From Candidatus Altimarinota bacterium (GTDB taxonomy: Bacteria > Patescibacteriota > Gracilibacteria > 1-14-2-50-48-13), in assembly GCA_046314355.1 (NCBI GenBank), contig JBKBWQ010000001.1:1440001-1504000 (forward strand): DNA of 64,000 nt, given 5' to 3'. Under the pieces are notes generated by a model. The model saw nothing but the letters and a program-made list of their open reading frames with translations. It was not told where the DNA came from and made no database searches. The position numbers were made by a program, and so were the translations under genes. Positions 48,132 through 56,592 of this stretch are shown in pieces. Position 1 is the first letter of the stretch. Every line of letters begins with the position of its first letter.

Positions 48132-49163
48132 CTACGCCGTATTCACTGGATCCACATCTATTCTCCATCCGCTAGGAAAGACAATATTTGTGATGTACTC
48201 ATGGACCATCTTTCCTTTTAATAGAATGTGATAATGGAACTTATCATACTGTTTTGTAATATATGAAGGTGCGATAAATACTTCACCATCTATTTTTTTC
48301 TCTTTCATATCTTTTTCAATAAAATCAAACATTTTTTTTGCTTCTGTATAAGCTTTTATACGGTCTTTATGTACGTAGATACATTTTATGATCTGTGTAA
48401 AGGGAGGGTATTGGTAAATGTTTCTCTCCTGAATCATGTACTCATAAAATTCCATGTAATCTTTCCTAGAAGCTAACTGTATAACAGGATTTTCAGGATT
48501 GAAACTTTGGATGACTACGGCACCTTCCTGACCTCTTCTGGAAGCTCGTCCCATTACCTGAGTAAGCAGTTGAAAAATTCTCTCTGATGCGCGAAAATCA
48601 GGAATATGCAGACCAGTATCGGCTTGGAGTATTCCCACAAGAGTCACATTTGGAAGATCCAGTCCTTTTGCGAGGACTTGTGTCCCTAGCAGTATATCTA
48701 TTTTTCCATCTTTCATCATATTATAGAGCTCTTCATGGGAATGTTTTGCACGAGTGGTGTCCAGATCCATTCGGGCAATACGGGCTTTGGGAAAATGTGC
48801 GCGGAGTTCATACTCTACTTTCTGTGTTCCCCAGCCTATAAATTTCAAGTCCTTGCCGCAGCTCTCACAGGTAAGCTCTACTGGAAACTTGGTCCCACAG
48901 AAGTGACACAGTAAAAATTCTTCTCCCGTGGCAGGATGTCTATGATGTGTAAGTGCGATATCACAATGTTTGCACATTTTAACTGATCCGCAGGAAGTAC
49001 AGATAAGTGTACTTGAATGTCCGCGTTTATTGAGAAAGAGTATTGTCTGCTCTCCGCGCGCGATAGCCTGCTCCATTTGATGCAGTAAAAAGGCGGAAAA
49101 TAGAGAAAAATTTCCAGCCTGCTGTTCCTTCTTTAAGTCTACTAGATACGTTTTTACAGACAT
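48132..49163 (-). CDS. priA: Primosomal protein N' (PriA), C-terminal half only
   Basis: LFLNKRG, four CxxC (CTSC, CKHC, CHFC, CESC), GTQKVE, RMDLDT, GTQVLAKGLD.PNV, PDFRASE, QVMGRA.R, YPPF, IDVDP; no N-terminal 3'-binding domain or Walker A/DExH lobe. Confidence 0.88.
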   Translation of the reverse strand: MSVKTYLVDLKKEQQAGNFSLFSAFLLHQMEQAIARGEQTILFLNKRGHSSTLICTSCGSVKMCKHCDIALTHHRHPATGEEFLLCHFCGTKFPVELTCESCGKDLKFIGWGTQKVEYELRAHFPKARIARMDLDTTRAKHSHEELYNMMKDGKIDILLGTQVLAKGLDLPNVTLVGILQADTGLHIPDFRASERIFQLLTQVMGRASRRGQEGAVVIQSFNPENPVIQLASRKDYMEFYEYMIQERNIYQYPPFTQIIKCIYVHKDRIKAYTEAKKMFDFIEKDMKEKKIDGEVFIAPSYITKQYDKFHYHILLKGKMVHEYITNIVFPSGWRIDVDPVNTA

Positions 49164-49258
49164 GTAAACTGATTTTGATGCAATAAAGAACGGTGTTAAT
49201 GCTATAATAAAGGTGTTTTATATCCCATTCAATAAGAAGTAAGAAATTAGAAAGATAT

Positions 49259-49357
49259 AGTAATTGAGTAAATAAGTAATTTTTTAAAATTGTTTATTAG
49301 GAGACTAATTCAGATAATGGCTTGCAAATTACTCAATTACCAATTACTTCAATTACT
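49259..49357. repeat. Inverted pair of AATTACTC octamer arrays
   Basis: AGTAATT GAGTAAAT AAGTAATT (49259-49281) faces AATTACTC AATTACC AATTACTTC AATTACT (49327-49357). Confidence 0.7.
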
Positions 49358-49372
49358 GCGTCCCTGACCCAC

Positions 49373-49401
49373 TTGACTAAAATCACTTAGCACTTTAATA
49401 T
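49373..49401 (+). promoter_or_regulatory. clpC promoter
   Basis: TTGACT-17-TAATAT. Confidence 0.65.
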
Positions 49402-49413
49402 TGAGAGTGCTAA
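49387..49413. promoter_or_regulatory. CIRCE element (HrcA operator)
   Basis: TTAGCACTT-N9-GAGTGCTAA, one mismatch to consensus TTAGCACTC-N9-GAGTGCTAA, overlapping the -10 box. Confidence 0.92.
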
Positions 49414-49433
49414 CGAGAATATAACCCAATACT

Positions 49434-52166
49434 ATGTCATCAAACAATTTTGAGAAGTTTACTCCGGACGCTAAGAGAGCTCTCTTACATGCGGAGCAGG
49501 AAGCTAGAAATGAGAAAATCGGATATATCGGCACTGAACATCTACTTATAGGTGTGCTAAGCCAGAAAGATAGTCTTGGAGCAGCAGTGCTTCAGCATTT
49601 TAATATTAACGCAGATCAGGTACGTAATGTACTTCGCGAATCCAATGCGAAGAGACAGCACCGTGCAGAGGAGGCAAATATGCTTGAACTCACTGGTTTT
49701 GCAAAAAAGACCATTAGAGATGCGGTGTCTATCGCGTATAAATATAATCATACCTATGTTGGAACTGAACATATGCTTGCGGCTCTTGTAAGTCAGGAAG
49801 GTACAGCTGCAGTAGTTATCCTTGAGGATCTCAAAGTTCCTCCTCAGGAAGTAAGCAAGAAGCTTGAAGAGATATTTACTCAGGGGGATCAGTACCGCCA
49901 GAGTCTCAATAACTTCTTCCAGCCCTTTAACAATATGATGCAGCAGCAGCAGCCGGGAGCAATGGGAGGAATTTTCTTTTCCATGGGACAAAACGGTCAG
50001 CAGCCTGGATTTAATCCTGAAATAATGGGAGAAGGTATGGTGCCGCCAGAGATGAATGAAGATGGTAAGGCAAAGAAGGATGGTAAGAAGTCTTCTACTC
50101 AGGCTCTCGACTACTTTACGCATGATGTGACTGAAGAGGCACGTGCGAAAAAATTTGATCCTGTGATCGGACGTAAGAAGGAGATAGATCGAATGATCGC
50201 AATCCTCAATCGAAAGACAAAGAATAACCCTGTCCTAATCGGAGAACCTGGAGTAGGTAAGACTGCTATTGTTGAGGGTCTTGCACAGGCTATTATTGCT
50301 GAGGAAGTACCAGGAAACCTTCTTGAAAAAAGACTTCTCTCTCTTGATATGTCTGCTCTTGTGGCTGGTACAAAGTACCGAGGTGAATTTGAAGGCAGAC
50401 TGAAACAGGTCCTTGATGAAGCGAGTACAAAAGAAAATGAAATCATTCTCTTTATTGATGAACTTCATACTGTGATAGGAGCGGGGTCAGCAGAAGGATC
50501 TCTTGATGCTGCAAATATGCTGAAGCCTCTTCTCGGAAGAAACAAGCTTCAGATTATAGGTGCAACGACCATTAAAGAATATAGAAAGCATATCGAAAAT
50601 GATCATGCTTTCGAGAGAAGATTCCAGCCTATTATGGTGGATGAACCTAAGACAGAGGATGCTATTGATATCCTAAAAGGACTGAAAGAGACCTTTGAAG
50701 AATATCATAATCTTCGAATCTCTGATGAAGCTGTGGAAGCCGCAGTAACTCTTTCAAAAAGATATATTAATGATAGATTCCTTCCGGATAAAGCTATCGA
50801 CCTATTGGACGAAGCCTGTGCTATCCGTGATATAGAGCGAGGAGACAAGGATACTGAAAAACTTAAGGGATTCAAAAAACAGCTTGAAAAAACTGTGAAA
50901 TCCAAAGAAGCAGCAGTTGCGGCTCAGGAGTATGATAAAGCTGGGAAATATAGAGATAAGGAGCTTGAGATCAATGATGAGCTTAAAAAGATCAAAGAGA
51001 AGAGAAATCTTCCGAGATCCCGAAGACCTGAAGTGGATGCAAATGATATCGCATCTGTGGTATCAAAGGCTACAAATATCCCAGTTACAAAGCTCATCGG
51101 AAGCGAACTTGCGACCCTTCGAAATCTCGAGAAATCACTTGAGAAACGTATTATTGGTCAAACTGAAGCAATCGAGAAAATCTCTAGAGCAATCCGAAGA
51201 AGCCGTGTAGGTGTAGGAGATCAGAACCGCCCGATTGGATCATTTATTTTCCTTGGTCAGACTGGTGTAGGTAAAACTGCGCTCGTGAAAGCTCTCGCAA
51301 AGGAGATCTACAATGATGAACGTGCTCTACTCAAATTTGACATGAGTGAAATGATGGAAAAGCACAACGTCTCTCGACTCCTAGGAGCCACTGCTGGATA
51401 TGTTGGATATGATGATGGCGGACAGCTCACAGAAGCTGTACGAAAGCAGCCGTATTCTATCATCCTCTTTGATGAGATCGAGAAAGCTCATCCAGATGTC
51501 TTCAATATTCTTCTCCAGATCCTGGAGGATGGATACGTGACAGATGGAAAGGGAAGACGGGTGAATTTCAAGAATACTATCGTAATTCTCACATCGAATA
51601 TAGGTGCAGACAGATTCTCTAAGCAGGCACAGAAGATCGGATTCAATCTCACTACAAATGAGCGAGATGAGCAGCTTCAGGAATTTGAGGAGATCAAAAA
51701 AGATGTCATAGATCAGCTCAAGAAATCTTTTAAACCTGAGCTTTTCAACCGTCTCGACGGTGTAGTAGTCTTCAAACCGCTTGGTAAGGAGCAGATTCAC
51801 GAGATCGTGAAACTCGAGCTTTCTTATATTCAGGAAAGACTGCTTACAAAGAATATTACATTATTCTCCACAAATGACGCTGTGGAAGTACTTGCGAAGG
51901 AATCCTATGATCCGATCTACGGAGCACGACCTGTACGACGAAAGCTTCAGGAAGTGGTAGAGGATGCTATTGCAGATTTATTCTTAGATGAGAAGATTAC
52001 TGAGGGAGAGAATGTTCTCCTCGAAGTGATGACTGCTGAGAATGGAGATAAGAAAGTAGAACTTAGAAAATATGCAATAGAGGAACAGGTGAATGAACTT
52101 CTTAATTTGAAGGAATTTCATGAAGAAAAGAAGTTGAAGAAAGAGGAAGTGGAGACGAAGAAGTAA
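49434..52166 (+). CDS. clpC: ATP-dependent Clp protease ATP-binding subunit ClpC
   Basis: Two Clp_N repeats (GTEHLL/GTEHML), GEPGVGKT, LFIDELH, UVR-like middle domain, GQTGVGKT, ClpP-docking IGF loop, YGARP. Confidence 0.95.
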   Translation: MSSNNFEKFTPDAKRALLHAEQEARNEKIGYIGTEHLLIGVLSQKDSLGAAVLQHFNINADQVRNVLRESNAKRQHRAEEANMLELTGFAKKTIRDAVSIAYKYNHTYVGTEHMLAALVSQEGTAAVVILEDLKVPPQEVSKKLEEIFTQGDQYRQSLNNFFQPFNNMMQQQQPGAMGGIFFSMGQNGQQPGFNPEIMGEGMVPPEMNEDGKAKKDGKKSSTQALDYFTHDVTEEARAKKFDPVIGRKKEIDRMIAILNRKTKNNPVLIGEPGVGKTAIVEGLAQAIIAEEVPGNLLEKRLLSLDMSALVAGTKYRGEFEGRLKQVLDEASTKENEIILFIDELHTVIGAGSAEGSLDAANMLKPLLGRNKLQIIGATTIKEYRKHIENDHAFERRFQPIMVDEPKTEDAIDILKGLKETFEEYHNLRISDEAVEAAVTLSKRYINDRFLPDKAIDLLDEACAIRDIERGDKDTEKLKGFKKQLEKTVKSKEAAVAAQEYDKAGKYRDKELEINDELKKIKEKRNLPRSRRPEVDANDIASVVSKATNIPVTKLIGSELATLRNLEKSLEKRIIGQTEAIEKISRAIRRSRVGVGDQNRPIGSFIFLGQTGVGKTALVKALAKEIYNDERALLKFDMSEMMEKHNVSRLLGATAGYVGYDDGGQLTEAVRKQPYSIILFDEIEKAHPDVFNILLQILEDGYVTDGKGRRVNFKNTIVILTSNIGADRFSKQAQKIGFNLTTNERDEQLQEFEEIKKDVIDQLKKSFKPELFNRLDGVVVFKPLGKEQIHEIVKLELSYIQERLLTKNITLFSTNDAVEVLAKESYDPIYGARPVRRKLQEVVEDAIADLFLDEKITEGENVLLEVMTAENGDKKVELRKYAIEEQVNELLNLKEFHEEKKLKKEEVETKK

Positions 52167-52172
52167 AAATAT

Positions 52173-52203
52173 AAAAAGCACCTTTAGGAATAGAGGTGCT
52201 TTT
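52173..52203. terminator. Intrinsic terminator
   Basis: AAAAGCACCTTTA-ggaa-TAGAGGTGCTTTT. Confidence 0.8.
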
Positions 52204-52274
52204 CATGAGCAGCTAAATTAAGATTTAATTTGCTAGATATGCTCTTAGTTGGCCTTTTTTATATATCTGCTTTT

Positions 52275-52643
52275 CTACAAAAGATCTTTTCCTTCCTCAA
52301 ACGTTTCTCTATTCTTAATAGAGAAACGGACATCGATATTATTTTTAATCAATCTTTTACATAGTTTTTTTATCTGAGATATGTCTCTGTCTATCGCAAG
52401 TTTTTTTAATAATTTTTCTTTATCAAGTCCAAGTATTTCTGCTAATTTTTCACATTCTGGATCAAAAGGAAAAGACTTACCTTTTTCAATATGATTAATT
52501 TGTGCCTGAGTTTTTCCAATCATATCTCCAAGCTCATATTGATATAGATTCATTAATTTTCTATACTTTGTTATTGTTTCACCGAATGTCAGGTCTGTTA
52601 CGTTCTTTTTCTCTATAGCAACTTTCTGAGAATTGATAGTCAT
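52275..52643 (-). CDS. XRE-family helix-turn-helix transcriptional regulator
   Basis: FGETITKYRKLMNL.Q.ELG.MIG.TQAQI.HIEKG...P...KLAEILG. Confidence 0.88.
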   Translation of the reverse strand: MTINSQKVAIEKKNVTDLTFGETITKYRKLMNLYQYELGDMIGKTQAQINHIEKGKSFPFDPECEKLAEILGLDKEKLLKKLAIDRDISQIKKLCKRLIKNNIDVRFSIKNRETFEEGKDLL

Positions 52644-52777
52644 TTATATCAAAAAATCAATAAAACGTTTTTTTCCCAATTTTAGAGTTGGAAGATTCAT
52701 TTCATACTCTACTACTAATTTCTAAAAAAACTATAGTAATTTGATTCCTCATAAGTTCTAGAATAGGATTCGTATCC

Positions 52778-52805
52778 TTGACTTTGCCATCTATAACGCT
52801 ATATT
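52778..52805 (+). promoter_or_regulatory. Putative sigma70 promoter
   Basis: TTGACT-16-TATATT, 24 nt upstream of ATG 52830. Confidence 0.6.
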
Positions 52806-52829
52806 CCATCCAACTTCCTTATTTTAGAT

Positions 52830-54431
52830 ATGGCACTTATACGGAAAGATACATTAAATAAAGAAATGCTGCGGAATGCTGAAAGAGTAGCAACTGTATC
52901 TGAAGAAGACTTTACGCAGCTTCTCTCACTTGCAACAAAAAAAGCTTCTGAACCATATAGATGGATTTTTCGCTCTCTAATTGATGATATTTTAGATGTT
53001 CTTTCTACAAACACAGAAAAACATATTACTGAAGAAGAGTTGGATATCACTTTAGAAGGAGTACAAAATGCCGTTGATACTATAGATACAAAAGATATTT
53101 CAGTAGAAACATTTTCGAAATATGTACAGAAATGTATCAAGTATATAGCTCAAGGGAATATTAAAGAGCTGCATGAGTTTAGAAAAAATGAATTTATAGA
53201 TAAATTCCACTTGGGAGGATATTTTTACAGAAAAGATAACATTGCCTCTATTGATAATGGAACCGCAAATACGCATTTATTAAAAAGATATATTGCGAAT
53301 AATACAGTGGTGAAACCTATAAAAGAGAAAAAGATTTATATTCCAGAAATAATCAATGAACCAAATAGTGAGTTTAAAAATATAATTGAAAAAGAAACTA
53401 GCATAGATTCGCAAGTTGAAGAAATCACTGCAGATAACGATATATTTGTAGTGTATCCTGAAGAGGAATCCAGGCGAGAAAATAGAGATCTTTTTCTTAA
53501 GCATTTGTCTTCTGAATCTAAAGATAGTCTTGAAAAAGAGTTGTTACTGCATAAGGTTGTTCCGGCTGAAAAAAGTGTAAAGTACCTCAATCCGTTCTCT
53601 TTGAAAAATGCCTCTGACCTTGAGTGTACTGCAGAGATCAGAGATCTGGCAATGTTGCATGTATCTCGAAGGTGGGATCCTTTTAAGCAAAGTGAAAAGA
53701 TGCTACCGAGAGAACAGGAGTTAAGAGACAGGCTACTGGAGAATCTCCATATGATGACAATAGCAAATCAATTAAATTCTGAAAATGATAAAAGGCTGAT
53801 AGGAAAATTTCTTTATGAGAAAAATCATATCCTCCTGGGACATATAAGAAGTATGAGAAAACTTTTTACTGATAGTGCTATGTTACCTGGCAGTCCAGGT
53901 GAGTTAAGTCTGTACATTGGATACAGACCCGTAGAGATAGCAACTCTTCTCTCGGAAGAATTGGCATATGAATTTTTTCCTCAATCTGCGTCGTATAACT
54001 GGCATTCTCCAGTCTCAGAAAATAATTTTTATAAAGATGTCATATGGGGACTTCTCTATAATTTTTTTCCTTCAAGTCCTGATTTAGAACAATTTCTTAC
54101 GTTATACTTGGTAGATGATTTTTCTAATGAAGAAGATCCTGACCAGTATGAATTGTTGAATGCACGAAATAGACGAACATTAGAAAAACAAACAGCAATT
54201 TTGAAAGAGATTACTATGATTATGGATGCTCTTATAGTAGAGACGCTTATAGCTAGAAAAAATGAGACACCTAGTATTGTATCAAAAGAGACTATAGAAA
54301 AAGTGTTGAGAGAAGGAGCAGTTTCATTGCTAGGAGAACTTGAAAAAAGAGAGGTTCAGTCAGATTTCTTTATGGGGGGAATAATGGATGCCTTGCTTAA
54401 ACTTTATAAAGTGAAGCCTCTAAAGAAATAG
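52830..54431 (+). CDS. Hypothetical protein; possible highly divergent sigma-70-like protein with duplicated region 2
   Basis: 533-aa ORF is solid; sigma similarity is by-eye alignment only (see findings). Confidence 0.5.
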   Translation: MALIRKDTLNKEMLRNAERVATVSEEDFTQLLSLATKKASEPYRWIFRSLIDDILDVLSTNTEKHITEEELDITLEGVQNAVDTIDTKDISVETFSKYVQKCIKYIAQGNIKELHEFRKNEFIDKFHLGGYFYRKDNIASIDNGTANTHLLKRYIANNTVVKPIKEKKIYIPEIINEPNSEFKNIIEKETSIDSQVEEITADNDIFVVYPEEESRRENRDLFLKHLSSESKDSLEKELLLHKVVPAEKSVKYLNPFSLKNASDLECTAEIRDLAMLHVSRRWDPFKQSEKMLPREQELRDRLLENLHMMTIANQLNSENDKRLIGKFLYEKNHILLGHIRSMRKLFTDSAMLPGSPGELSLYIGYRPVEIATLLSEELAYEFFPQSASYNWHSPVSENNFYKDVIWGLLYNFFPSSPDLEQFLTLYLVDDFSNEEDPDQYELLNARNRRTLEKQTAILKEITMIMDALIVETLIARKNETPSIVSKETIEKVLREGAVSLLGELEKREVQSDFFMGGIMDALLKLYKVKPLKK

Positions 54432-54537
54432 AGTTTTATTAATTTATTTGGCAACTGTTGCTTTTCAATAAGTATCTATCTCATCAAAGATACACATATC
54501 AATGAATAAGAATCTTGTACGGTTTATGGCGGGTAGT

Positions 54538-54828
54538 CTATCTTCCTAGATATTTTGATCTATATGAATAGAAACTATATGCATAAAGTTTCTCCCTCTC
54601 TCTCGTAACTATCTCACTCAAATGCTCAAGAGAGATATAAGCAGGACTTTCCTTCCTCCACAGTCACGGCTGCCCAATACATTACCTTTCTGTTATTTCT
54701 TTTGTATGCTCGTTTAAATCATCTTACATTTGAATAAACAGGTCTTCAAAAGAATTGATGAAGTTCTGTGTAGAAATCTTACCTTCATAATACTCTGTCA
54801 TGAGAGATATAATGCTTTTTGAATACTG
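54538..54828 (-). pseudogene. Decayed colicin-D-immunity-like gene
   Basis: QYSKSIISLMTEYYEGKISTQNFINSFEDLFIQM*DDLNEHTKEITE / KVMYWAAVTVEEG / SPAYISLEHLSEIVTREREKL; no start codon, one in-frame TAA (54724-54726), two compensating frameshifts. Confidence 0.45.
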
Positions 54829-54964
54829 ACAATAGATAGTTTATATCTGCAGTATACTCAAAATTATCCCAAGTGGGAATTGAAATACTCAGCTATTTCT
54901 TGCTATATTGGTCATTTTTACTAGTATGTTTGCACGTATTATTATCTTGTTGTTACTCCATTTT

Positions 54965-55312
54965 ATGACTCATTACGCTTGTACCTCCTGCAAACATAGT
55001 TCTCCTGATATGGCTGTTTGTGAAGCTGATGGATGCTCCTCTCAGTGGGAAATGATGGAAGAGTGTAAATGTGTTGATGGTACTCATGGAGTACAAGAAG
55101 CAGTTGCTCCCACAAAGGATTCCAATGGAACTATTCTCCAGACTGGAGACAGCGTAGTACTTATCAAAGATCTACCTCTCCGCGGTACTTCCCAAAAATA
55201 TAAACAGGGAACAAAAGTAACAATTTCTTTGCGGGATAATATTGAAGAAGTAGATTGCAGGATAAATGGAACTGCGATAGTACTGAGAACTGAATTTTTA
55301 AAAAAGGTGTAG
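54965..55312 (+). CDS. PhnA/YjdM-like protein with atypical Cys/His-rich N-terminus
   Basis: KDSNG..LQ.GDSV.LIKDL.LRG...KQGTKV, L.TEFLKK; start MTHYAC at 54965. Confidence 0.85.
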   Translation: MTHYACTSCKHSSPDMAVCEADGCSSQWEMMEECKCVDGTHGVQEAVAPTKDSNGTILQTGDSVVLIKDLPLRGTSQKYKQGTKVTISLRDNIEEVDCRINGTAIVLRTEFLKKV

Positions 55313-55341
55313 TGTCTCTATTTTCTTAAACTTCAAATACT

Positions 55342-55977
55342 ATGTTCATTATTGACTTTATTCTTCATATAGATACACATCTCATCGCACTGACTGCTCA
55401 GTATGGCGCATATATTTATGGTATCCTCTTTACGATTGTTTTCTTGGAAACAGGAGTGGTCTTTTTCCCATTTCTACCAGGTGACTCATTGCTTTTTGCA
55501 GCAGGTGCATTTTCTGCACAAGGAGTGCTGGATCCTTGGCTTCTGACAGGACTTTTCTTGGCTGCGGCTATTTTGGGTGATGCATTGAACTTTTGGATAG
55601 GATCTGTCGTAGGAAAGAAAATGCAAGCTAAAGGATGGATTCCTGAAAGTGCGGTAGCTAAAACAAAGGGTTTTTTTCATAAATATGGAGCCAAGACGAT
55701 TGTACTTGCCCGTTTTCTTCCAGTGGTACGTACCTTTGCTCCTTTTGTAGCTGGTATGGGACATATGGAAAAGAAAGTATTTTTTTTCTACAATATTATC
55801 GGAGGGAGTGCGTGGGTACTGATCTTTATGTCCCTTGGGTACTTCCTCGGAGCTATGCCGATCGTGAAGGAGAACTTTGAAATTGCCATTCTATTCATTA
55901 TTTTTGTATCTGTAGTGCCTACAGCTATTGAGATTTACAGTCATCATAGAAAAAACCGAAAAATATCTAAGGCATAA
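55342..55977 (+). CDS. dedA: DedA family membrane protein
   Basis: FLETG...PFLPGDSLLFAAG, ARFLPVVRTFAPFVAG. Confidence 0.95.
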   Translation: MFIIDFILHIDTHLIALTAQYGAYIYGILFTIVFLETGVVFFPFLPGDSLLFAAGAFSAQGVLDPWLLTGLFLAAAILGDALNFWIGSVVGKKMQAKGWIPESAVAKTKGFFHKYGAKTIVLARFLPVVRTFAPFVAGMGHMEKKVFFFYNIIGGSAWVLIFMSLGYFLGAMPIVKENFEIAILFIIFVSVVPTAIEIYSHHRKNRKISKA

Positions 55978-56024
55978 AGAATATGAATATCATATTTGGC
56001 TATTATAAAGTTATAGAATACTAA

Positions 56025-56474
56025 ATGACACTGTACTACTTTGCGTATGGATCAAATATGAATCCTGAGCGAATGAAAGAACGTGGAATCAATTTTGAAA
56101 AAAGAGAAGTAGGAATACTGCTGGATGCAAAACTTGTCTTTAATAAAAAAGTGAAAGGAATAGAAGGGAGAACCGTTGCAAATATTCTTCCTGAAGCAGG
56201 ATCTATTGTTGAAGGGGCACTTTATACAACAACTGAAGAGGATATTTCTAAGCTTGATATTTTCGAAGGTGTGCCGCATCACTACCAAAGATATACAAAA
56301 GAAATTCAGCTCTCAACGCTGGAAAAAATAGAAGCAGTTGTCTATATAGCAAATGAGGAAGTCCAGGGAGAAGGTATGCCCATTAAAGAATATTTGGAGC
56401 ACTTGCTGGTGGGAAAAGATATCTTAAGTAGAGAGTATTTTGAAAGACTTACTCAAGTCCAGACAAGAGAATAA
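56025..56474 (+). CDS. Gamma-glutamylcyclotransferase family protein
   Basis: YFAYGSNM, VEGALY, LD.FEG...Y. Confidence 0.92.
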   Translation: MTLYYFAYGSNMNPERMKERGINFEKREVGILLDAKLVFNKKVKGIEGRTVANILPEAGSIVEGALYTTTEEDISKLDIFEGVPHHYQRYTKEIQLSTLEKIEAVVYIANEEVQGEGMPIKEYLEHLLVGKDILSREYFERLTQVQTRE

Positions 56475-56592
56475 AATGTGAATAGTTCTCTGGTAACAGC
56501 TTGAAGAATATGTATATATTACTCTTTACTAAATCAAAAAAAACACTATTATTCTATCTTAAGCGATTATCAATTATTTATACAAACCATAG

